Assembly (NCBI GenBank): GCA_964304625.1
Contig: OZ199838.1
Coordinates: 11,557,608-11,621,607, forward strand
Length of the DNA stretch: 64,000 nucleotides
Direction of reading: 5' to 3'
From: Kudoa neothunni
Taxonomy: Eukaryota; Animalia; Cnidaria
Positions within the stretch are counted from its first letter, which is position 1, and every line of letters begins with the position of its first letter. Positions 52,287 through 64,000 of the stretch are shown here, one piece after another. The notes beneath the pieces were generated by a model. It did not search any database, was not told the DNA's origin, and was given only the letters and a program-made list of their open reading frames with translations. The translations under genes and the position numbers were made by a program.

Positions 52287-53854
52287 GCTGTGTAAAAGAT
52301 AGCCGAAAGATCTACTCATTATAACAAAAATAATTAAACCAGATAATAAAATAGAACCTCTCCAGATTTTAATTCTAGTAATAGTTTAAAACATAATATG
52401 TTTAATTGAAACATGACCTTTGAATCATTCTAGGATAAAATAAAATATTTTAAGATAAAATCTCTGCGATGCTAAATGAAATAATTATGGTAGAAATTTA
52501 ATTCGAATAAAACAAAGATTGTCTTTTATTTAAATATAATAATATAAATTTTTTTATATTTTCATGCAAGTCTATAGTCTGTAGCAATGGATATGGTTTG
52601 AAAATCTAGTTTCTCGTTTAATTGCGAATTATCCATAATTTGTGAATATACATTAAGATTGCTTTAAAATATCGATAGCTTCCTAAATCATCACGAAAAT
52701 TAAATTACTGTAACATTTTCAGCTCATAAACTGAGTTGTTTTAAATTTTAGAGGATATTTTAATGTTGATTTGATTCTAGAAATAAGTATTAATTAACAA
52801 TTATTAACCTAAATAAAATATTTCCATTTCGATATCTTTATCAAAATAAACTGGACTTACGTTATACATCTAATATTATTTTCATTATGTTTTTGAATTA
52901 TTGTTAAAGTTTCCTTTGGTTTTTTTTATTTTTCCAATGCAAATTCCATGATTTCTCTATTTGAAGTCCATTATTTATATAAAGAAGTCTTAATTAATTT
53001 TTTATATTCGAGTGTATTCTATCAGAATTATTTAAACTTAAAATTTAACTTTGATTGCTTTTCAATTATAAAATTGAACGATTTTGATCCAACGTATGCT
53101 AACTACAAATGTGTCTAAATAGTTTCCAACTACTTCAAAAAGTTTTAAAATATTATATTTTATAAAAAATTATGTGTTATATTTAGAAAAATTTAGTTCA
53201 AGTCAGCATTTGCACAAAAGTTAATTTAATACGCTTTAAACCCTTGCGCACAAGAGGATTAAAATATATTTTTCATAAAAAAAAGCGATATGTTACTATA
53301 TCTTAGTGAATACATCCGTAAATAATGTATTCTGAAAAATATCTAATATGAGTTAGTTAAATTCCAATTAAAAATCACCATATGTTCTTGGCGTAAGTGG
53401 CACTTTATCATAAGTGAGAATTATCGTAATATCAGATAGGAATTGAACATATCTAAGACGAACCAACTTTGATCGTTATTCTAATAATTGATATATTAAA
53501 ACTAAATTAAAAAAATACAAAAACGCCAATATTTTAAATGTAATAAATGATATATTTGAAATAATTATCTATATTTAATTATCTAATGAGATAATTAATT
53601 TCAAAATAATGTACAAATTTTTCGTAACAATAAATATTTTAAAAGTATTTACAACTGAAATAAGTTTTTTATATTATTTCTAATAATTGAAATTATGTAT
53701 AAATATATATGTATATCTATAAATTAATATGGAGAGTATTAGAGCCGCGATAAATAATCTTCCAAATCGTTCGAGTATGTTGTTAATTTACAGATATTAG
53801 TGTGTAATCAGGTGATTTTTTACAGCAAAAATTTGAAAAAATACAATCAGAGGT

Positions 53855-56800
53855 ATGAGCTCGAATGAGAACAATCATGAATCATCAGACATGGAAGAGT
53901 ATTGGTCCAATCTGGATCAACTGGTTGTCGAAAGTGATTCAGAAGTAGAAAAAATGGAGGTACATGTTACAGATTCATATTCCTTTAAATATATTATTTA
54001 AGGATCAGTTACTCCCCATGGCAGTTGATGAGAAACTAAAATGGCTCCTTGATGTGTTGTCTTCTCAACCAACACATAAAGTACTCAGTCGTTTTTAAAA
54101 ATGGAATTGATTACAGTACTAGATAAAAACATTGGCACTTTCAAAATTTAAATCAATTTTATTATTTTGGGAAGTCGAAAATTACGGTTCTGAAACAATA
54201 TTAGCCTTGACCAAGTCCAATCTTATTGACATACTTGCTGTTGAAGAAAGCGAATCACTCAAAGCCGAATTACTTTCAGTGTGCGTTAATTTGATCAAAC
54301 TGATCAATAAAAATAGAAAAAACAAATGGGAATTTATTTCAGAATTTGTTATTTCTTGTGTAGCTTATGACAAACCAAATTTAACGCATATGATACAAAG
54401 ATTAGTAGAGTAAGTTGGTCTATAAATAGATTGAGTTATTTTTTGTGTAGATGCTCGCCCAGTCTGCTTGGCGATGCTAACAGGCCGCAACTGATTGAGT
54501 ACAAAAAATTGTTAATGAGATGTCTTCAAGAGTTTACTGAGAATCCAAAGGTATATAATTAACTATTTAATAAATAGAAATATCTAAATTAATATACATA
54601 TTAAATTAGAATAAGAAAAATTTATTTCCTACCTAGAGAATCACATTTTTTATTTAAGCCATATTTGTAGGTTACGTTATTTTCAATGGTAGTATTGAAC
54701 ACAATAGCATTAGAATACAAAACCTCTTTTTGTATCAAGACATTAAGGAGATTGGTTCCAACATTGATGGATGCGATGGAGGGAGTGACTCCAACAGCTG
54801 AAGGACTCGAATTTATGGTTAACATGAGAACTCTGTTGTACAACTGTGGAGAGCTTTTTAGGAGATACTCCGGAAAAGTTATTCGTGTGATTCTAAAATT
54901 GTTGAATAATGACGATCTTGGGCAAACAATGGTAATCGAAATTCACAGTTGGATCGCGGAATTTATTGGAATGTTTTACATTGAAGTTGCACACAAGTGT
55001 CGCGATTACATTCCTGAACTTGTGAATACTATGTTAACGTTTCACTTGTCATGTTATCCAACTAATCCAACGCAATGTTTTGATGACTCTGGTGAATTAA
55101 CCGTAAGCTGTGAAAAAGGCTCAATCTTATCTTATTCCTGTCTGCGTAAAATTTCTGATTCACTTGGAAACGACATTATGTATCCATTACTTTCCAGAAG
55201 GGCAAAGGAACTTCTAGAACCCGCCGAATGGAAATACACAGATACAGCAATTGAATTGTTGAATATAATCTCCCGTAGTTATGGACCAACAGCAATTGCA
55301 GAACCACTGGATATATTTCACACAGTACGTCCATACTTTGCTAGTGACAATATTAAGATCGTATATTCTACCATTCAACTGACTAAGAGCTTGTGTGTCG
55401 CCTTTGCTCAAGATGAATACACTAGCTTTCATCAAGAAGCGATATCTCTTATCATAAGCAGTGCTGTGACACTGAGCTGCATCCACATTAAATTATTAGC
55501 TCTTTATGCTATTGCTGATATTACAACCGAATTTCCCTCCATTACGTACGAGATAAAATACGAGATCGAGTCGCAAAATCTAATTCAACTCCTTATGGAT
55601 ATTTTCGACGCCATCGCTAAGTGTGATGATCTGGACATTATGTTATATTGGTCGGAATCATTGTATCATAATATTAGTTGCGTGTATAGATTGACAAGTG
55701 ACAAAATCAGCCCTTATGTTCCTAAAATAATAACCAATCTTTTAAAGATTGTAGATAGAGTGCTTTTTATGCCTGAATCCGACTATCCAGCTCATTGCCT
55801 TCTAGATTGTATTACAGAAGCAACTTCATTCTATTCATCAGGCGACCCAGAGGATTGTGCTTCATTGATAGTAACGTTTGTGGGAGAGTACAACTTTAGA
55901 AATAATTTACCATCTGATATTATGGAAATACAACCTTGCTTTTTTCCATTGTTGGAAAGTTTAGCCAAAAATAAACGCACCAGCTTGATGGCCTTACTAT
56001 CCAAGCTTGGCTACTCTATTGGTGCATTTCTCCGACTTCTTGGTCGATGCGATGGCTCCAATGAAGGCGAATTAGTTCAATTAAAAGCATTTTCGTCTCC
56101 ATCTGGATATTGTTATAGCTTTTCAAACAAAGATAATGATAATATAACATCGCTTTGTACGTTTGTCACAGTGTTAGTCGATAGCTATTGTGAAAAATTT
56201 TCTTCTAACATTGAAACCTATTTACATATTTTGTCGGAGATATTAAGAAACACTAAAGATGATTCTCTGTATGATGATGCTGCTGAAGGTACATATCAAT
56301 TAATAAGATATGCCTTCACCCGTGGAGATTCTGAGGATGTCGCGAAAATCTGGAATTCTTGTTTAAAGGAAGAATTTCTGAATAAAATGAAAGACGTTTC
56401 CAAAGTGATAAAAAATGAATTTGCTATTATTCTCACCCGCTTTCCTGCGATTACTCGATTTGAAGATGCTCTAAATTCGAACGATATTCGATATGTTAGT
56501 GAGATCTTCATCAATACAATCAATATGGTTAGTATTATGAATGAGGAGTTTTGGCAATCAAACCAATTTGCCATTGGAGACTATCATAGTTGTTCCTACA
56601 ACAGGGTCCGTTTTGATATCGACGTCGCCCTTAGTAAACTGCACGAATGCATTATGAATCTTCTACCAGTCTACAAGGAGAATATTATTGGCATTCTTAT
56701 CACAATATTCAAAACTGTTACCGCATATCCAAAAACAAAAGAATGGGAGATATTTTTTCAATTTCTACTGTTTACGTGGGATGATATTTTGGAGTTGTTA

Positions 56801-57059
56801 CCCCTAATTGACGTCGGCGAAAGTGAACTGTTACCAGTTGTTTTGAATTTCTCCATGGATATTTTACCAAAATACTGTGAGGGTGGTTTTCTGGAAAAAA
56901 CTATATTGTCAACTATAAAATTAAAAGTTTATCTGTTATTATCGAGATTATTATATTTAACTTAATTTGTAGAATTTATATCCAATCGCCTTTAAACAAC
57001 ATTTCCAATTGTTACCTACAACCAACAAGGCCATCATTGAAAAACTCACAGAAGAATAG
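53855..57059 (+). CDS. Importin-beta family HEAT-repeat protein, divergent importin-5/RanBP6-like
   Basis: Spliced ORF from MSSNENNHE through five short GT-AG introns to TAG 57057-59. Segments CLRKISDSLGNDIMYP, AEWKYTDTAI and DNIKIVYST...FHQEAI parallel importin-5 (ALDRMACGLGG / DWKYRHAGL / DPHPRVRYA...FHEKVI). Confidence 0.7.
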
Positions 57060-57662
57060 AAATTCTCGATAGGATTACTATATAATTGAAATTTTGATGT
57101 TTCATTGTCTATCTATTTCATCTACTTCTGCTGATAATAAAATTTCACGCTTAACTATGCAAATAAATTGTGAGTTTTTTTTAAGTGAATCGATGCATTC
57201 CATCGTAGAGGAATTATATTTATATGTTAAAAAGATTACATTAAATTGTGTTTAATTAAAAAAAGAGTTGACTAATTTTCAATATTGAGTTTTGCTTGTA
57301 TTAAATTAATCAATGACCAGGTCTATGCGCTTTTTAAAGTAACTGTTTATTGTCATGTACAAACCGAAATTTGTCCTTTCAATAATGTAGTTTTAACTCC
57401 AATTGATCTATTTTCACCAAAAAGAGCAAGAACGAATAATCTCCAATGATTTAAAAATAAAACATTAAACAAACTTTTCTTGACATACATTAATTAATAG
57501 GCGTTATCAATATTAAATTATATTTTAGTGTTTAATTTTTATAGATGAATGAACAGCTATTTCCCAATCATTTGTATGTGTCAATGTCTATTTAGCAATA
57601 ACTGTTGTAAGGAATGGGATTGTTAACGCAATATTATTTGTGTTTTAATGACTGAAGAGAAT

Positions 57663-57726
57663 GGATCATGTGGGATAGTACAAAACTCAGGGTCTAAAGT
57701 CCAAGGTTCAAATCCTGCTTTCCACA
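57663..57726 (+). repeat. tRNA-derived/SINE-like remnant
   Basis: B-box GGTTCAAATCC at ~57703-57713; no complete cloverleaf. Confidence 0.25.
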
Positions 57727-57852
57727 AATGTGTACAAACATATTAGTTTGTCTCTAATTCAATTATAATGAAAATTGTTATTTCTTTAATTGCTCGCCGT
57801 TATTGTAGAGCAACTGCAGCTATAATTTGATAATGTAGGTAAGCTCAAATTA

Positions 57853-59192
57853 TAGTTAAACCTGGATATTGCGTATTTTCACAAGTTTACTAAAATATAG
57901 AGTATATTTTAAATTTTTCACTTAAATTTTGCTTGTATATTATTTAAATTAATGTTGACTTAACAAAAAAGGATAAATATGTTTTACTAAAGAAGTATAA
58001 GTTTATATTTGTGTGCTAAAACTAAAATCTCGCTCCTGCATAACATTTTGTTCAGTTTAATCCCCAGTTAATCTTCTTTTTGAATTCTGCGAAACAAAAA
58101 TGGTCAGGAATCAGTGAACAGTGGCTGAAAAAATTGAATACTATAAAATTATCTAATCCCAATATAATATATTTGCGAGGCATTCCATTATTAATAGCAT
58201 TTTAGCTTCTCAAAATGATATTATTAATTCTATTATTTCGGCTTCAAAAAATATAATAAAAGAAGGCAAGTACAGTGAGTTAGTTAATTTATTTTATATA
58301 TGAATAACTAAAATAGGAAATGAAAAAGATTTTTTCTGCTTACCCAATTGTTGAAAAGACAAAAAGTATAGCTAAATCCATGGGTATTGACAAATTTACC
58401 GGTAGTAACGGTTGGTTCGTAGAATTTTAAAAAAATTTTATGGTGAAACCAAAAATTTTAATAATCAAACTATGATGGCTTTTTTGGTGAAATTCCAAAA
58501 AATTTCATTACGATACGAAGAATACAACGTAATAAATATAGATAATTCAAATTTAATTAAGTATATCATTATGATTCTATTAAAACTTTAAATGGTGCAT
58601 GGGAAAACGTATCATCGACTATAGTTCAAAACTGATTCAGAAAATCGATGCTTTTTGACAATGTACTTTGATACAACATATACCAAATTAAAGATCAATT
58701 AATAGATAATGAAAACTTATCTCAACATTTTTCCGAAAATAATGTTGAAAATTTCGTCACGCTATTTAATTGTTTATCAACTGTAATTTTTAAATAAAAA
58801 TATGACGAAACCACCGATATTGAAGAATAGGGAAAAAATACATGAGGAATCATTAGCTATACCTGGAACTTACACAATTGATAAATTTCACGAAAATTTC
58901 GATCAAACTTTTGTGAAAGATGAAGCGCCTGTGTCAACCACGGAACTCAAACAATCAATTAATTTAATGAATAAGCTTCTATTAGAAAACTCAATAGCAT
59001 TATCTTCAAAACACACAGTTTTGGAGTTAATATCTGATATAATCCGAAAATGGCGCAAACAACTTGAAATTACCAATTATTTTAAGCTCCAATAAATTTT
59101 TATTTTTTGTATATAAGGCGCTTGCGTTAATAACCTATATTTTTTAAATTTCCCCATTCCCCCCAAAATTACACAATATTCAGGTTCGACTG
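57853..59192 (+). mobile_element. pogo/Tigger-type transposon remnant (related to 9074-10984)
   Basis: TIRs TAGTTAAACCTGGATATTGCGTA and TACACAATATTCAGGTTCGACTG. Decayed peptides KFTGSNGWF, GAWENVSSTIVQN*FRKS and the C-terminal KQLEITNYFK (ORF 58802-59095). Confidence 0.8.
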
Positions 59193-61050
59193 CATAATTT
59201 TTGATTCATATGGGGATTCACGAAAAATGACGTAAATATCTTTAACCCATATATCCGACACCATTAAATATACAGAATTGAGATACAATTACTCCGAAAA
59301 GAACATTTTTAAATAGATAAAATACAAAAGACCACCCAGTTAAGATGCAGAGGTGTTATTACTTTCTGTGACGTACTTTCTTAGGTGGCTAATAGAGGAG
59401 GTCTGATAAACTGTACCCGAGGCTTTACAATGCTACTGACTAAATTATACTAGTTTCTTGCATTGTTCTATAATATTAAACTACAGTATAATAAGCGATG
59501 CCCAGATGAAATCAAAATTTCCATATACTTTGGCAATCGAGACAGCGTATAATGCTAGGCGGTGGATTTTATTGTAGTGTTTGATGGATAAGCCTAATTA
59601 TTTACTTTGTTACCACTGTAGGAAAACTCTGTTCAACAAACTAAAATTAATTAAAAAATATCCATATCAAAGAAGTAAACCTGGTCACTTTAGCTTTAAT
59701 AGATTAAGTCCAATAGTTTGAATTCTCTTATGATTTACAAAAATAGTTTAACTATTTGAAAATGTCTACTCTAAATGCTTCAAATAATTATACCAAAAGT
59801 GTTTTATTTATATCCGAATTGAGAGGCAATATTATTTTTTTCATTATAGAAAATGTGAAAATTTTTCAACAAACATAGTTATAAGCTTAAATTTCATTTA
59901 TTAGTTTTTTAGGTTAGCAGTCCACGAAATATCGAATTGGAGAGACTCCCAAATAAATGGTAGAATCAAATTTAACACTCAAATATTTTTCTCTGTCACA
60001 ATATCTCAAACTTATAATTCTCTTTTTACTCTATATATTTTCGTAACAATATAATAAAACGATTGGATTTAAAAACGAATGAAATAACATATATAGATTA
60101 ATGGATCTATGCTATAGCTATCAACATTACAAATGAAGTTTACTAAATAAATTTATATGTAACAATGAAAAAAATTACATCTATAATTTTCTAAAAAATC
60201 ATTTTCGAAATTTTTTTACCCGCTGCATAGACCAAGGATAAAGTTAGGTGCTCAGAAAATCATCTATTTTTTTCAATGTTATAAAAATATTCCTTTGATT
60301 TCGTCGAAAATATTATGAGATTAAGTTTTTTAATCAGTTCTTATTTAGTACCAAATGAAATTGCCGTACTGATATCCCCTTATTATAAATTATTTTTATT
60401 AATGCCATCCTTTCATTAATTTTAAATATCCACCCAGAATTTTCTACTCAAACTTTCTATTATCCATGTTTAAGTAAATTAACTAATAATCAAAAAAATC
60501 CTTATTACTTAATATCAAAAATAGTATTTTTAATAATATTTTAAAATTTTTAAATAATTGAAAAATATTAATTTTATTTTTATCTAATGGAATATTTTAT
60601 TTATACAATCTTCTCCAATTTACAATAAAAGGCGAATTTTTCAAACATTTATTACGTAAGATGCCATTATCTTATAAAATTCTGAGAATAATAATCGCCA
60701 GTCATGCGTATCTTAAATCATTTTTCATGACATTTGATGCATAGACTATCTATCTTTATTATATCAAAACATCTAATTAAAATCAAATAAAATGCTTTTT
60801 AATTTTTTGTATGTTGTATTATCAAAAGTTTCACTTTATCTAAATGAGAATTAATTTTATAGAATTAATTTTTAATTGAAAGTTTAGATAAATAACTAAA
60901 AATGCTTGTATTATATTTCTAACCCAATTATATTTCGTTATTTAATTTTATTTTTTGGTTATAATCTAACTAACATCTGCTCACCTCATTTCAAAATGGT
61001 TTCTCGGCACAACGAAAATACTCCGACATACTCCGAGTTCACGCTTCAAT

Positions 61051-64000
61051 ATGGTGCCTCTAGTTTCATCAGGTAGCCACTGAGGAAATTATTTAAGCAG
61101 TTTTTATATATTTTAGTGCAAAAGCAAATGAATAATAAAGTTGAGGGTTTTGATGAGGACATGGCCGATGAAATTTCTCCTGGTCTATGGCAAGAAGCTT
61201 GCTGGGTTGTGATAAATTCGTTTTTCGCTGAGAAGGGTCTTGTAAGACAACAGTTGGATTCTTTTGATGAATTTATCACTTCGTCGGTACAAAAAATTTT
61301 GGAGGAACATCCTCCTATTGAGCTTCAAGCGGAAGCCCGGCATTACAGTGAAGACGAGGAGGCTCCCCCAAAATATGTGTTAAAGTTTGGTCAGATTTAC
61401 GCCAGCAAGCCTTCGTTTTCTGAGCCGGATGGTACCATTCATGAAGTGTTTCCAAATGAAGCTCGACTTCGGAATCTTACTTACAGTGCAGCTATTTTTG
61501 CGGACATTACCAAATCAATTTACGTTAACGATGTATTACAAAAGGAGGAATTGGTTGAAAAAGTTCCAATCGGGAAAATTCCAATTATGCTTCGGTCACA
61601 ATATTGTGTGTTGAAAGATTTAACAGATATGGGTCTATACGAGGTGAAAGAATGTCCATTGGATCCAGGTGGCTATTTCATTATAAATGGTTCAGAAAAA
61701 GTTCTTATCGCACAAGAGAAGATGGCTTCCAATACAGTTTACATTTTTGATAAGAAAGAAAACAAATACTCACTCACTGCGGAAATTAGAAGTGTACTCG
61801 AACATTCATCTAGGCCACCTAGCACGATCAGTATTCATATGCCTAGTCGTACCTCAACTGAGAGTTTGAAGGTTCAAAAAGGCAATGCGACTGTTAAAAC
61901 ATCTTCAGGACATGGTATTCGGGTCACTTTACCCTATATCAAACAAGAGATCCCAATCATAGTGTTGTTTCGTGCGCTAGGTTTCGTCAGTGATGGAGAT
62001 ATTCTTGAACATATCATATACGATTTTGATGATTATGAAATGATGGAAGCTATCAAACCTTCATTGGATGAAGCTTTTGTGATTCAAGATCAAAATGTGG
62101 CGCTAAATTTCATTGGTTCGCGTGGTGCAGTTCCAGGAGTAACCAAGGAAAAACGTATTGCGTTCGCTAGAGAAATTCTCCAAAAAGAGCTGTTGCCCCA
62201 TGTAGGTGTTGGGGAGTTTTGTGAAACAAAGAAAGCCTATTTTCTTGGATATATGGTTCATCGACTCCTTCAAGTTCATCTTGGTAGACGTTCTATCGAT
62301 GATCGTGACCATTACAGCAATAAAAGATTGGATTTGGCTGGCCCACTCATGGCCTTTCTGTTTAGAGGTCTGTTTAGAAATATGGTCAAGGAGGTTAGAT
62401 ACTATGCTATGAAATTTATCAACCGGGGTCGAGATTTCAATGTGTATGCTGCAGTGAAACCTAAAATTATTACTGATGGCCTTCGGTATTCGTTGGCTAC
62501 TGGAAATTGGGGAGACCAGCGCAAAGCTCATCAATCTCGTGCTGGTGTATCTCAGGTGTTAAACCGTCTCACATACGCTTCCACATTGTCTCATCTTCGT
62601 CGACTTAATTCCCCAATTGGTCGCGAAAGTAAACTTGCCAAACCTAGACAACTTCATAATTCACATTGGGGTATGATATGTCCTGCTGAGACTCCTGAAG
62701 TATTAGATTTCTCAGAGTGGTACACATTTTAAACGAACTGTATTTGTTTAGGGTGCTGCTGTCGGTTTGGTGAAAAATCTTGCCCTCATGGCATATATTA
62801 GTGTTGGTTCTGAGCCATCTCCTATTCTTGAGTTCCTCGAAGAGTGGACTATGGAGAATCTCGAAGAAGCCAATACCTCCACCATTGCAACTGCCACGAA
62901 AATTTTTGTCAATGGAAGTTGGATTGGAATCCATAGAGATCCTGATAGGCTAATTGAAACCATGAAGAAATTACGTCGTAGCACCATGGACAATATCGGT
63001 TTGGAAGTGTCGATTGTGAGAGATGTCCGTGATAGAGAGATACGAATATTCACTGATGCGGGCAGAGTTTGTAGACCCATCCTAATTGTAGAAAATCAAC
63101 GACTGCTCCTTAAAAAAAGCCACATTGAAATGTTGAAACAGAAAGAGTTTGAAGGTAGCGGTGGATGGAATGAATTGGTGTCTGCCGGAGTGATCGAATA
63201 TTTGGACTGTGCTGAAGAGGAAGCTTCAATGATTGCTATGACACCCGAGAGTTTGGTCAACAGTCACTACTGTCAAACTTACACTCATTGTGAAATCCAC
63301 CCAGCTATGATTCTTGGTGTGTGTGCTTCGATCATTCCTTTCCCTGACCATAACCAATCCCCACGTAACACCTACCAATCTGCTATGGGCAAGCAGGCTA
63401 TGGGAACTTTCATCACCAATTTCCACAACAGAATGGATACACTCGCCCATGTTCTGTTCTACTCTCAAAAGCCGCTAGTGTCAACTAGATCTATGGAATT
63501 TTTAAGATTTCGAGAGCTTCCAGCCGGAATTAATGCTGTTGTGGCAATTGCAAGTTACACTGGATACAACCAAGAAGATTCTATTATTATCAATCAGTCA
63601 GCTATTGACCGTGGGTTGTTCAGATCGATTTTCTATCGAACCTACATGGACGAAGAAGACAACGCATCCTACAACCAAGTGGAATCATTTGAGCGGCCAG
63701 ATCGTAAGACAGTTCAAGGCATGCGAAATGCCATATACGACAAACTAGATGGAGATGGTTTAATTGAACCTGGAACTCGTGTTAGTGGTGATGATGTGAT
63801 TATTGGCAAGGTGTTAACAATACCATCTGGTGAAGATGTGGACCTTAACGAAAACTCATTCAAAACTATTGGGAGTGTTAAATCTTGTATCAAAAAGGAT
63901 GCTAGCACATTCTTGAGAGCAACCGAGACCGGAATAGTTGATCAAGTGATGGTCACGGTGAATCAAGCTGGAAACAAATTTACCAAAGTGAAAGTACGAT
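61051..64000 (+). CDS. RPB2: DNA-directed RNA polymerase II second-largest subunit (3' partial)
   Basis: [54 protein letters not shown]|[30 protein letters not shown] and GYNQEDS. Introns at 61073-61116 and 62700-62751. The start could alternatively be a nearby downstream ATG. Confidence 0.98.

Noticed and set aside
5359-63908. Many short antisense or overlapping ORFs in the six-frame track (e.g. 7292-7732, 62103-62534, 55214-55486, 28554-29074)
   Set aside because: These are shadows of real exons on the opposite strand or frame, or chance ORFs in repeats.

Overview
This is an AT-rich eukaryotic window with very short GT-AG introns, mostly about 38-50 nt. The RPB2 sequence is animal-type, consistent with a compact parasitic metazoan such as a myxozoan, but the taxon cannot be proven from this window. 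Hand-spliced gene content: (1) three homologous genes (A +, B -, C +) for type I membrane proteins built from tandem, Cys-rich, FN3-like modules on symmetric phase-1 exons; A (~874 aa) and B (~1945 aa) look intact, and C is a head-to-head pseudogenised paralogue of B; (2) a FERRY3/C12orf4 homologue; (3) phosphorylase kinase gamma; (4) a degenerate CD39/E-NTPDase-like (pseudo)gene; (5) a very divergent importin-5-like gene; (6) RPB2, running off the 3' end. Between these lie remnants and MITEs of many DNA-transposon superfamilies (piggyBac, pogo/Tigger, Tc1, hAT, Merlin, MULE, probable Helitron ends). The most unusual observation is just upstream of the transmembrane exons of both B and C. Each gene has two consecutive intron-within-intron structures (G|gt...ag|T..., i.e. 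[D1,2] spliceosomal twin introns). The frame into the TM anchor is kept only by ordered two-step splicing, and every other outcome hits a stop, which suggests a membrane-versus-secreted (or NMD) switch on a putative variant surface-protein family.
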